Below, one piece after another: positions 40,401 through 49,062 of a stretch of 64,000 nt of DNA. The DNA lies in contig NW_026262581.1 in NCBI RefSeq assembly GCF_021869535.1, positions 111,848,001 to 111,912,000 of the forward strand, written 5' to 3'. This DNA comes from Mytilus californianus. Its lineage: Eukaryota. Under the pieces are notes generated by a model, which ran no database searches, was not told where the DNA came from, and saw nothing but the letters and a program-made list of their open reading frames with translations. A program made the translations under genes and the position numbers. Position 1 is the first letter of the stretch, and every line of letters starts with the position of its first letter.

Positions 40401-43400
40401 ATTTTAATATTTTGAAATCTATGTCAGCTACTATTTGTTTTCTTATGAATGGAAAAGTTATATCAAATTCAGAATGACGCCTCATTTGTTTTAGGAATTT
40501 TTCGTACCACAAGACATACGCCGATAACTTACACCTTTCCAATTAGGGGAAACGACCGTCGCGGATTACATACAACAGCTAGAACTACTGTTCAGTCTCC
40601 AGAGCTTCCATCTAATCCTAACAAACTATCGTCGTCAAAAATACCATTGTATTCAACATCTAGAAGTGAAGTTCAGTCCTTTAAAAGCTTAAAAACTCAG
40701 ACTATATTATCATCATCACTGTCACAAAACGTGTTGTCTTCCACAGGGACGAATTCGAGAAATATTCATCCAACTTCATCAATTACATTTCTGCCAACAA
40801 ATATTGCAGTTTTGTCTTTAGATCAGCCAATATTTTCATCAACACAAAATGTACCATCGGGTGAAACTTACATGGAAATTAAAAGAAATTCTCTTTTAGA
40901 GTCATCAACTTCATCAATTTTATTTGGCTCTCCTTTATCTTCGTCAGCCAATTCACATTTTCAACTGCTTCTATTTGATAGTTCTAGTTCAAATGCCGAT
41001 GCATCTTTAAGGACTGAAAATGAGGCACTAACTTTACTGAATGCAGCGTCTCAGAAAACTGTAATTTCAACCACTTCTGGTCAAAATTCAAATCAAACAG
41101 TTAGTCTAAGCAGCATACAAACAGATAACTGGAATTACTCGATATCTGTCGATAGTTCACTATTTTCGGAATCAGCAGAGCGGAAGGATGTATCTGACCC
41201 AATAACACCAACAGTTCGTGCACGTAAATACCAGTCTCGCATATCCAATGGAGACAATGTACATTATCAAACAAAAGACAGCATGTATCAGTTATCCAGT
41301 GCTACATACGCATCATCGGTTATGAATCATTTGACGTACGAAGAGAATGTAGTTTTTTCTGAAAATAAAATTCATACAGAGAGGCACTTTCCATTGCCTT
41401 CGATTTCTTCAGAAAAGACTTTGTCGCTTGCCAAATTGCAGTCATCGTTTTCTTCTCGGATTTCACATTTTTCTACAACATTAACAAAACCTAGTTTATT
41501 TGTACAAAAAAGAAGCAGTTCAACTATCAGAGAAAGTTCATTGGACTCTGTTTGGAATAATACAACTACAGTTAACTCGACTACCCCGCGTGCAAAAAGT
41601 ATATTTGTAGAAAATCTTGGACTATTTATCATTATCATAGTTATAAGTGTAGTATGTATTGTATGTGTTATTTGTGGTTATATCTGTATACGACGGAAAG
41701 TACAGTCAAGAAGTTGGACATGCCGACAAGAGGAGTATTATACGAAAGTATGTATTTATATATTAATTTTTAATCTTTTACTGATATCATATATATATAT
41801 ATTTACCTGTCTAGTAACCGCTCGACTCCGTCCGTCCGAAAGAAAGAAAGCTTTCGTCAAAGTTTGTTTGGCTTCTTTATAAGGGAACGATTTAATATTT
41901 GGTCTGCAGCTTGACAATGTTCAGTTGTAGCTAATAAGCAATTTTTACATCCGTCATGAAACTGCTTCCTGTTTGCCGATACTTTTTACAACACTCATTG
42001 CACAAGGAAAATTTTGGTCAAAGTTTTCATGGCTTCTCTGATAGGGGAATGGTTTAATATTTGGTCTGCACCTTGATAATGTTCAGTAAAAGCGAATAGG
42101 CAACTTTTTTACATCCGACGTGCATTCGCTTGCTGTTTGCCGATAATTTGAAATTTTATAACTCTCATTGTTCAATGAAAATTTTCGTTAAACTTTTCAT
42201 GGCTCTTACTGAAGGGAATGCTTTGATATTTGGTCTGCAGCTTGATAGTTTTAAGTTGTAACGAGTAAGCAATTTTTACATCCGCCATTTAGCCACTTCC
42301 TGTTTGGTGATAGTTATATATTTTATAATACCCATTGTACAAGAAAACTTTTTGTCAAAGTTTTCTTGGCTTCAGTAAAAGGGAATGGCCAGTTATGCTC
42401 CAGTATATATGTAACCTCAATCAACTGCACGCAGAGACGCAGGTGCAGACCCGGTATATGTTTTGTCAAGTGGTTGTCTTTGATTGCAGTCTGTCATATT
42501 TGTTTTTTTATACGACCGCAATTTTTTTTGCGTTCGTATTATGTTATGGCGTTATGTCTGCGTCTGCGTCTGAAGACATTTTGGTTTCGCAGACAATAAC
42601 TTGAGTGTAAGTGTATGGATCTCTATGAAATTTTAGAACAAGTTTCCATACCACTAAAGGATGGTTGGGATTGTTTTTGGGGTAATTGCCTTAGCGGTTT
42701 TGTAATTAGGGGTAAAAAAGGTCAGTTTTACTGGTTCATAGAAAATAAAATTGGTTAACAGACAATAACTTAAGTATAAGAGTATGGATCTGTATGAAAT
42801 TTTAGCACAAGATTCCATACCACAATAGTAGGGTTTGGATTGATTTTTGGAGTTAATGTAGTAGCTGTTATGTAATAAGGGAACAGAAAGGGGCCAAAAC
42901 AATTATTTGGCTGGTTCATGGAGAAAAACTTGAGTATAAGTGTATATATATATCTATTAAATTTTAGCACAAGTTTCCACACCACAACAGAAAAGTTGGG
43001 ATTAATTCTTGGGGTTATTGTTATAGCTGTTTAGGAATCAGGGGCCCAAAAGGGACTAACAAAAACAATTATTTGTCTGGTTCACAGACAATAACTTGAG
43101 TATAAGTGTATAGATCTGTATTAAATTTTACCACAACAGGAAGGTTTGGATTTATTTTGGGGATTATAGTCGTAGCTGTTTAGTAATTAGGGGCCAAAAA
43201 CAAGCATTTTTCATGTTTCAGGACAATAATTTGTGTAGAAAAGTATAGATTTCTTTGAAATTTTACCACAAGGTTCCATACCTCCAAAGGAAAGTTTTGA
43301 TTGATTTTTGGGGGGGGTCATAACCTAAACCGTTTAATAATTAATTCCAACCATGTTTTAGAATTTGGATATTGGACCATAACTGGTAAATGTCCAATTT

Positions 43401-46400
43401 TAAATTATTTAAGTACATAGACCACATTCATTCTGTGTCAGAAACTATGCTATATTAGATATTTAATCAGACTCTAAATTCATAGATGTATTGCACAATT
43501 GATAGAAATTTTAAGTTGAGTCATAGTTGAAAATAGATTTTGCTGATTCAGATATATTAATTTTAATGATTATTGTGTTATGCATTGTGTTCTTTTTAAA
43601 GATTGTTAACATTTATGAAATGATTTCTTATGGTTGAATATTCCATTTGAAATTAAAATAGACCTTTGTCCAACTGTTTAAGTGAAAGTATAGGTAAGTA
43701 AAGTTTTTAAATACTGTTTTGCCTTACATCATGTTATGTTACATCTTAATAAGAGTATTTTTAGTGGGTTATTTTAAGATAATTATCTATCTATTTATTA
43801 AATAATATATTTCATCACAATAGATAAAGTTGTTTACATTAATAGATTAGTTGTAGATAAGTTTGTGACAAATGGAAGAAAAATATTGGGAGACTATAAC
43901 TTGAGTATAAGGTTATGGATATCTATGAAATGTTAGCACAAGGTTCCATACGGCAATAAAAAGGTTCGGATTGATTTTTCGGGGGTATTGTCGTAGCCAT
44001 TTTGTAATTAGGGGCCAAAAAGGGACCAAAAACAAGCATTTTTACTGGTTCATAGACTGAATTGAATAAATTAATTCGCAGACAATAACTAGAGTATAAG
44101 TAGAAATAAAAAGATGTGGTATAAGTGCCAATGAGACAACTCTCCATCCAAGTCACAATGTGTAAAAAGTAAACAAATATAGGTCAAAGTACGGCCTTTA
44201 TGGATCTGAATGAAATTTTAGCACAAGGTTCCATACCACAATAGGAGGGTTGGAATTGATTTTGGGGGTTATTGTCGTAGCTGTTAAATAATCTTAATCC
44301 CAATTATATATATTCTATTTTTAGAAATTCCCTGTGACGTCACTTTTTGTGGCGTTGATACATTCGTGTGACGCTCAGTTCATAATTCTATTGTGGTGTA
44401 CTGATGAACTGTCGTAAATCAATGGGAGGTGTATTTTGTTATTCTGTGGTTTACATGTTGTGATGTACTATTATATTATTTATTTATGTATTTCTCTGTC
44501 CTGAGTGTTCTTGCGTTTATTAGTCCCATACCGACGAAGTCGAAGGGGACTTTAGGTTTGCACTCCGTCCGTCCGTCTGTCTGTCTGTCCGTCTGTCTGT
44601 CTGTCTGTCCATTTGTCAGTCCGGCAAATCAGTTTTCCAGACCCTTTTTTCTTCGTGCTTGAAGATATTCATTTGATATTTGGTTTATTGATTTATCATG
44701 ACAAGTTACAGGTCAAGTTCAATTTTCAGATTTTAGCTTTTCTCTTTGTTCAGTTAAAGCCCTTTCCCTAGAATTAAATTTTTGATGAAATACTTATTAA
44801 TTAGTAGATTTCTGTTCAAAGAGTACTAACTCATTTTTAAAAATAGACAAAATGACATTTTGGATTTTTTTCCTTTTCTTTGGTAAATTTAGTGGTAGGT
44901 TTGTTTGTCATCCTTGAAGATATTGATTTGATAATTAGTATATAGTTTTATTATGACAAGTTACAGATCAAGTTGGAATTTTGTTCCAATCTGATAATTT
45001 TGTGCAGAGTTATGGTCTTTGGACATAGAAAATTCACTTAAATAATCAGTTTTCAAAAGTTCTTGAAGATTTTGACTTGATATTTTTATGTAGTTTACAC
45101 CATGACAAGTTATAGATCAAGTTAGAATTTCGTTTCATTACAATGAATTTGTAACCGGTAGGGGACTATGTATTACCATACAATACTCACAGAATGCTTG
45201 TTTTTACTGTATTCCTGTCACGTAATGTTGTCATTTTAGCTGTATTTTTAACATTGCCATAGAAGCGGGAGGTTTGGATAGCCATAAAACCAGGTTCTAC
45301 CCGCCATTTTTTCTTTAAATGTCCGGTATCAAGTCAGGAATATGGCAGTTGTTATCAAATAGTCCGTTTCTATGTATGTTGGTGTTTGTTTTTGTATCAG
45401 TTCAGTGTTTCTGTTGTTCCGTTGTTTTCCTCTTATAGTTGATGTGTTTCCCTCGGTTTTGGTTTGTGACCCGGATTTGTTTTCGCTTAATCGATTTATG
45501 ACTATTGTACAGCGGTATACTACTGTTGCCTTTAGTTAAGTAATTAGGGACCAAAAAGAGCCAACAAAAACAATTATTTTTCTGGTTCACATACAACAAC
45601 TTGATCATAAGTGTATGGATCTCTATTAAATTTTAGCACTAGGTTTTATACCACAATAGGAAGGTTGGGATTTATTTGTGGGGGTTATTGTTCTAGCTGT
45701 TAGGAATTAAGGGCCAAAAAGGGGCCAAAAACTAGCATTTTTCATGTTTCAGGACAATAATTTGTGTATATGAGTATGGATCTCTATGAAATCTACCACA
45801 AGGTTATATACCTCAAAAGAAAGTTGAGATTAATTTTTGGGGTCATGGCCCAAACCGTTTAGGAATTAGGGGCCGAAAAGGGGCCAGAAAAACTAGGATT
45901 TTCTGGTTTCTGGACAATAACTTGAGTATAAGTCTATGAATCGCTTTGAAATTGTACCACAAAGTTTCATACCGTAAAAGGAAGGTTGGGATTGATTTTA
46001 GGGGTTATGACACTTACGATTTAGGAAAAAGGGGCCCAAAACAATACTTTTGTAATATTTTGTATAAATTGATTGTTTTCTTGACCAATTTCAATGGGGG
46101 TTTAATTCAAAGTCTTGAATTCTTGGGGTTCTTTTATATTCCGAATCTAACCATGTATTTAGAATTTGGTATTTGGCCCAGTTTTTGAATTGGCCCATTT
46201 TAAGTTCTAAGGGTCAAAAATTAAACTTTTTTGTTTGTTTTCATCAAAATTGAATTATTGCTGTTCTTTGATATATCGAATCTAACCGTGTATTTAGATT
46301 TTGGGACCGGTTTTCAAATTGGTCATCATTAAAGTCCAAAGGGTCCAAAATTAAACTTTGTTTGATTTAACAAAAAATGAATTCAAGGGGTTCTTTGATA

Positions 46401-48437
46401 TGCTCAATCTAAACATGTATCAAAATTTTTGATTTTGGGCCCAGTTTTCAAGTTGGTCCAAATTGGGGTCCAAAGTTAAAATTTATTTGATTTTAACAAA
46501 AAATGAATATAAGAGGTTCATTGATATGCTGAATCTAACCATGTATTTAGATTTTTGATTTTGGGCCCAGCTTTCAAGTTGGTCAAAATCAGGGTCCAAA
46601 ATAAAATTTTGTTTGATTTCAACAAAAAATGAATTTATAGGGTTCTTTGATATGCTGAATCTAACCGTGTACGTAGATTTTTTATTTTGGGGCCTGTTAT
46701 CAAATTGGTCTACATTAAGGTCCAAAGGGTCCAAAATTAAACTTTGTTTGATTTCATCAAAAATTAAAATTATTGGGGTTCTATGATATGCTGAATCTAA
46801 TCGTGTATTTATTTTTGGATATTGGACCATAATAGGTAAAAGTCCAATTTCAAAAAGTTTTATTTCATAGGTTTCTCTACTTGAGGAAGCGAATTTAACG
46901 CCCGCATTCATAACGGACGTGGCTGAGTATTTATTATAATACATCCCACACAGCCAAACGGAGACCCCTCTTTGGCAAGACTTTTACGGCCGGTTGGAAG
47001 AAGGCCAAAAGTGGTGTTTAAATTTATTTTATCATCGAAATATATATATAAGTTGGTAAGTCGAGATAATTTAATTGACGATGCATTGCTGACATAAAGG
47101 AGTAGAGCCCAGTAACCCAAATAAACGGCCCTGTAAAGGGGTATTTTTTTAAATTCGATTATTTGAGTAATTTAAAATGTGTATAAATTAATAAGTGTTT
47201 TATTTTTGAAAGTTTAATAAAAGAAAGTATATCTTCTTCATTTTTAAAAATATATTAGCCTAAAATATGCACAGATTTTATTTCAGTCAACTATTCTAGA
47301 AATCTGCCACTTTTTTTTTAGAACCATTTTCATGATTTCATATGTAGCGCCCCCCTCGCCCATTGAAAGTTTGATTGAAAAGTAAAGAATATATGGTGAA
47401 TAAATAATATTTCGGCAAAAATATTTGTGGGTGAGAGGTGTCGCAACTGTCAACTTTTCAGAAAATTGTCATAAAGGTTGCGAAATTATGAAAAAAAAAC
47501 CCAGGTTTTAACGAAATTATCCACATCTATGACGGCACAAGTAAATTACTATAATGATGCAATTTTTTCTCGTTATGATTTCACTTTGGGTTATTTTCAT
47601 TTAGAAATTATTTTAAAAGGGTGGTATGAGGGACGAATATCTCTCCTTTTCAGTTAGTAATACAAAGGATGAGTAATGTTTCATATATATTTTAAAGACA
47701 AAATATTTGTTAATTCAGAGTATATTTTAGTACCTTAGTTTAATAGTAAGAACAGGGGACTCTTAGTCCAACAGAAACTAAAATAATCTAGCTGCATTGA
47801 AGACCCATAGGTGGCCTTGGTTTGTTTTCTGCTCTTTGTTTGGATTGTTGTCTCTTTGACACATTCCATTCTCTATTCTGAATTAGATAAACATGTCTCG
47901 TCTACAATTTACCCTTAAATTAAATTTAAGCAAAAATAAAGACAAATCACATCACTTAATATATTGAATTTTATGTTGTATAAAAGAGGGAGAAGAAACC
48001 AGGGGGCAATCTAAATTCAAAAGTATGATAAAAACAGACAACAGGTAAAAAATTAAAACGACTAAAAGAATTGCTCATGACGTCAAATCCACGTAAAAAT
48101 TTGTTTTTGGAAACCCTGTTCCTGATAAATAGATGTTTGTTATATCACTTTCTTACGAATCACTTTCATTCCTCTTTTGCAGTGCGAGAAAGACTTGCTC
48201 ATGACGTCACATCCACGTAAAAGTTTGTTTTTGGAAAACCCTGTTCCTGATGAAGATATCCTTGATGACGAAAATCAAATGACAGAAAAAGATTCCTTGC
48301 GTTTATCTTTAGAAACAATTGATATAGGTTCAGCAACAACTGCTTCCTTACATGACAGTAGTGATGGATATGTTATCCCAATCAGTGAACTGGAAACTAC
48401 CGAACATCCAGATACAACAGAAGATACCAAATTCTAA
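19421..48437 (+). CDS. Type-I membrane protein: D8C/D10C domain, LDLa, half-LDLa, Ser/Thr stalk, TM, cytoplasmic tail; join(19421..19483,26926..27077,33282..33504,34029..34208,39020..39145,39350..39703,40495..41747,48183..48437); 5' start exon unresolved
   Basis: All junctions are GT-AG and phase-compatible (1,0,1,1,1,1,0); the joined frame is open to TAA at 48435-48437. Confidence 0.8.
20385..20484 (-). pseudogene. Polinton integrase N-terminal fragment
   Basis: MD.WEQFL..TIYYNLSNPCDFAGP..LYKLVRKD resembles the Polinton INT start (iYYdp..pgsfgG.dkLyk). Confidence 0.6.
20560..20783 (-). pseudogene. Polinton packaging ATPase N-terminus (C2H2 finger, poly-Pro linker, Walker A)
   Basis: MNTTCPECGIE/KDAMLRHNRKRH..PPPPPPPPPP*NVVLQQPFTMMLAGPTGSGKT; Walker A at 20563-20586. 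Confidence 0.8.
20862..22830 (-). pseudogene. pPolB: Protein-primed type-B DNA polymerase (pPolB) of Polinton, frameshifted and deleted
   Basis: CPYCLHGF, DQCHVTRTFRGAAHNECN (Endo VII-like insert), FYNLRGYDSHLI, FIDSFQFM, RKQVYPYDY, YLDANNLYG, GLKSKMYS, SPFDDKRYILDDG..LAYGH*. Confidence 0.95.
22851..23143. repeat. Tandem array of palindromic AGATATCT-containing units
   Basis: Four perfect 30-mers taagatatctaagatatcgtatatacttta (22881, 22933, 22963, 22993) plus variants and tataagatatcttata palindromes. Confidence 0.9.
23300..23620 (+). mobile_element. L1/Tx1-like LINE C-terminal fragment
   Basis: IIGYNQDLDKTQINIGNLIVFSGRSSIWK..NDIKFNK resembles the Tx1 C-terminal IWxxRN..F region. Confidence 0.5.
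24022..24159. other. Assembly gap (N run)
   Basis: 138 N. Confidence 1.
26926..27077 (+). CDS. Gene 1 exon: D8C/D10C domain, N-half
   Basis: ttcag|DPCVSFSIIDENWRYFNNTVEEDHCDKNITEGWYRMDINGRPATIPTVCIK|gtacaa. Confidence 0.85.
27620..27768 (+). mobile_element. Penelope-like RT core, left part (split by a Kolobok-like insertion)
   Basis: IGIPMGTNCVPLLADLFLFSYDSEFLQ...FRYV. Confidence 0.85.
27769..31444. mobile_element. Kolobok-like non-autonomous DNA transposon (3676 bp, contains a gap)
   Basis: TIR agggaaa(a/c)ttcgc; TTAA on both sides (27765-27768, 31445-31448); the flanks rejoin into one PLE RT motif. Confidence 0.75.
29938..30092. other. Assembly gap (N run)
   Basis: 155 N. Confidence 1.
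31445..32432 (+). mobile_element. Penelope-like RT right part plus its ~590-bp 3' tail
   Basis: DVLSINNPNF.DWVPLIYPPELEINETTDT..SASF, RIYDKQD, FLKKFIGRYQDLVDKYSVSTSQIIH.GLEV*, then tail ending ttttactttt. Confidence 0.85.
33282..33504 (+). CDS. Gene 1 exon: D8C/D10C domain, C-half
   Basis: tgtag|GPACGVRVPLHIEFIYDEPLPGQIEEASICGSHHIEGKWDCCVLRRMTQVKHCDGFYVYKLTPLDRCNAVYCVI|gtatgt. Confidence 0.9.
34029..34208 (+). CDS. Gene 1 linker exon
   Basis: attag|GDTNDVGRFTVKTGETVHPSDY...TRDITSVLE|gtaaac; 180 nt, phase 1-1. Confidence 0.75.
34800..35160 (+). mobile_element. Penelope-like RT N-terminal fragment
   Basis: GIPTYTL..KEEI, LDLPSMYWIPKLHK, GSAKCSTKPLSK, GVNQMWILKKSKDLL. Confidence 0.85.
35245..36330 (-). 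mobile_element. Penelope-like RT C-terminus plus 3' tail (same subfamily as 31445-32432), interrupted at 36030-36235
   Basis: DKRDDFNFEII..SNIPTSPAYGIY / ISQLIRYSSAC..KRQKCLSRRLMNQ; tail is the reverse complement of 31840-32432. Confidence 0.85.
36030..36235 (-). mobile_element. Short interspersed repeat, family C (also 45205-45535 and 61693-61915)
   Basis: aaaggcaacagtagtataccgctgttc...aaatccgggttacaaactaaaac...cctgacttggtacagg shared by three copies. Confidence 0.8.
36375..36900 (+). mobile_element. Penelope-like RT fragment with 3' tail
   Basis: FSESDII..FIDNIFVTFGERVFQQTIGITM*TN, HHEL..RY..LTSDMF; ends tcgatttatgagatttaaacatcgg. Confidence 0.8.
36975..37225 (-). mobile_element. Short interspersed repeat, family D (also ~32760-32920, 50560-50780, 55200-55330)
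   Basis: gagaggcgaaagatacc...ggtgatctcaggtgctccgg..gtaagcagatcctgctcc..atgtggcaccc. Confidence 0.75.
37240..37745 (+). mobile_element. Penelope-like RT C-terminal fragment with start of a family-D-type tail
   Basis: GEYVERIYLNEIEIKET, LDFHLEIDN, LCSNTLAAPALEVYISQFIRYS, LKSSLRQFY.HHDLID; then caacacgacgtctgtcacaagtggagcag. Confidence 0.8.
39020..39145 (+). CDS. Gene 1 exon: LDL-receptor class A module
   Basis: ttgcag|DQPITCNDGYFPCRDNKECYHNASRCDNEFNCIDRSDEIHCP|gtaaga; six Cys and a DxSDE motif. Confidence 0.92.
39350..39703 (+). CDS. Gene 1 exon: half-LDLa (4 Cys) plus start of the Ser/Thr stalk
   Basis: ctccag|PVNYCPEGSYKCGNGRCAVKSEDC...DRTSTQ|gtaatg; 354 nt, phase 1-1. Confidence 0.85.
39830..40150 (+). 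mobile_element. Helentron-type HINE fragment with two 161-bp core repeats (same family at 63820-64000)
   Basis: ttgtcccc start, (gtcc)n, tandem gttagcgctctca..tgtacaattcttgccagattt at 39896 and 40057. Confidence 0.7.
40495..41747 (+). CDS. Gene 1 large exon: mucin-like stalk, TM helix, juxtamembrane segment
   Basis: ttttag|GIFRTT...LGLFIIIIVISVVCIVCVICGYICIRRKVQ...EEYYTK|gtatgt; 1253 nt open. Confidence 0.9.
41800..42455 (+). mobile_element. HINE-like element with ~3.5 tandem 162-169-bp units
   Basis: (gtcc)n followed by units starting gtcaaagttt..tggctt at 41856, 42018, 42187, 42354. Confidence 0.7.
42505..46860 (+). repeat. HINE-borne satellite arrays (~165-170-bp and ~115-120-bp units), interrupted by other insertions
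   Basis: 5' hairpin atacgaccgca..tgcgttcgtat, then repeats of gacaataacttgagtataagtgtatggatct..; second unit type gaatctaaccatgtatttag.. at 46080-46850. Confidence 0.8.
44517..45205 (+). mobile_element. Complete DINE-1/HINE-type Helentron non-autonomous element
   Basis: subTIR tagtcccataccg (44521) with nearby IR ggggact, (gtcc/gtct)n, internal repeats, 3' subTIR cggtaggggacta (45156-45168), hairpin gtatt-accatac-aatac. Confidence 0.85.
48183..48437 (+). CDS. Gene 1 last coding exon: acidic cytoplasmic tail with a DGYVIP motif
   Basis: cctcttttgcag|CEKDLLMTSHPRKSLFLENPVPDED...SDGYVIPISELETTEHPDTTEDTKF*; phase 0 matches the upstream exon. Confidence 0.8.
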   Translation, partial: CEKDLLMTSHPRKSLFLENPVPDEDILDDENQMTEKDSLRLSLETIDIGSATTASLHDSSDGYVIPISELETTEHPDTTEDTKF

Positions 48438-48879
48438 AAATTGTGAGAATAGTGAAATTGGGAATGTGTAGATGAAAATTACATAATTCCATGAACTATA
48501 ATAGATCTCTGACAAATGTTTTAGCCATAAAAAAAACTGATGTCTCAGGAGTGTTTTCTTCAAAAATATTATATACTGAAGTATAGTGTTTGTCTCGCCA
48601 GACTTTTTGTTCTAAACGTAATCCTTTTTGAGTGTTTAATAGATTTTTTTTATAAGTATACTGTATTTTCATGTATGTTTGGATATTATAAGACATTGAA
48701 CAAAATAATGAATATATTGTTAGAAGATTTTTTTTTAATGATAAGCCATATCTAAAAAAAACTTTTTTTGACAAGAGTTATATTTTGCTTGCGAAATGAG
48801 CAAAACACATTACATAAGGATAACACAATCATAATTTTGTGTTCAATTTATTTTAATTATTTTAGAATAAGGCTGTTGT

Positions 48880-49062
48880 TCATCGTGTATAGTATGGATC
48901 CTTGCCATCACAGCATTTTTTAAAGCCTCCTCCTTTGCCGATATACCAATCACACTCGTAACCTATTCCTTTATGGTATTTATATCCATAATATTTTCTT
49001 TGGCATGTTGCATAATTGAAGTAACAATGCTTTGGCTTCTTAGGATTCATCTGGCATTTTTC
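48880..49062 (-). CDS. TIMP: TIMP exon 5 (C-terminal domain, Tyr/Lys/Gly-rich)
   Basis: ttttctag|EKCQMNPKKPKHCYFNYATCQRKYYGYKYHKGIGYECDWYIGKGGGFKKCCDGKDPYYTR*; AATAAA on the minus strand at 48847-48852. Confidence 0.85.
   Translation of the reverse strand, partial: EKCQMNPKKPKHCYFNYATCQRKYYGYKYHKGIGYECDWYIGKGGGFKKCCDGKDPYYTR

Noticed and set aside
41748-41882. C-terminal extension of the 477-aa ORF (VCIYILIF...ASL) as the real end of gene 1
   Set aside because: Reads through a consensus donor into intron and HINE sequence; a phase-matched acidic terminal exon exists at 48183-48437
46483-46944. 153-aa ORF with internal repeats
   Set aside because: Translation of tandem satellite monomers
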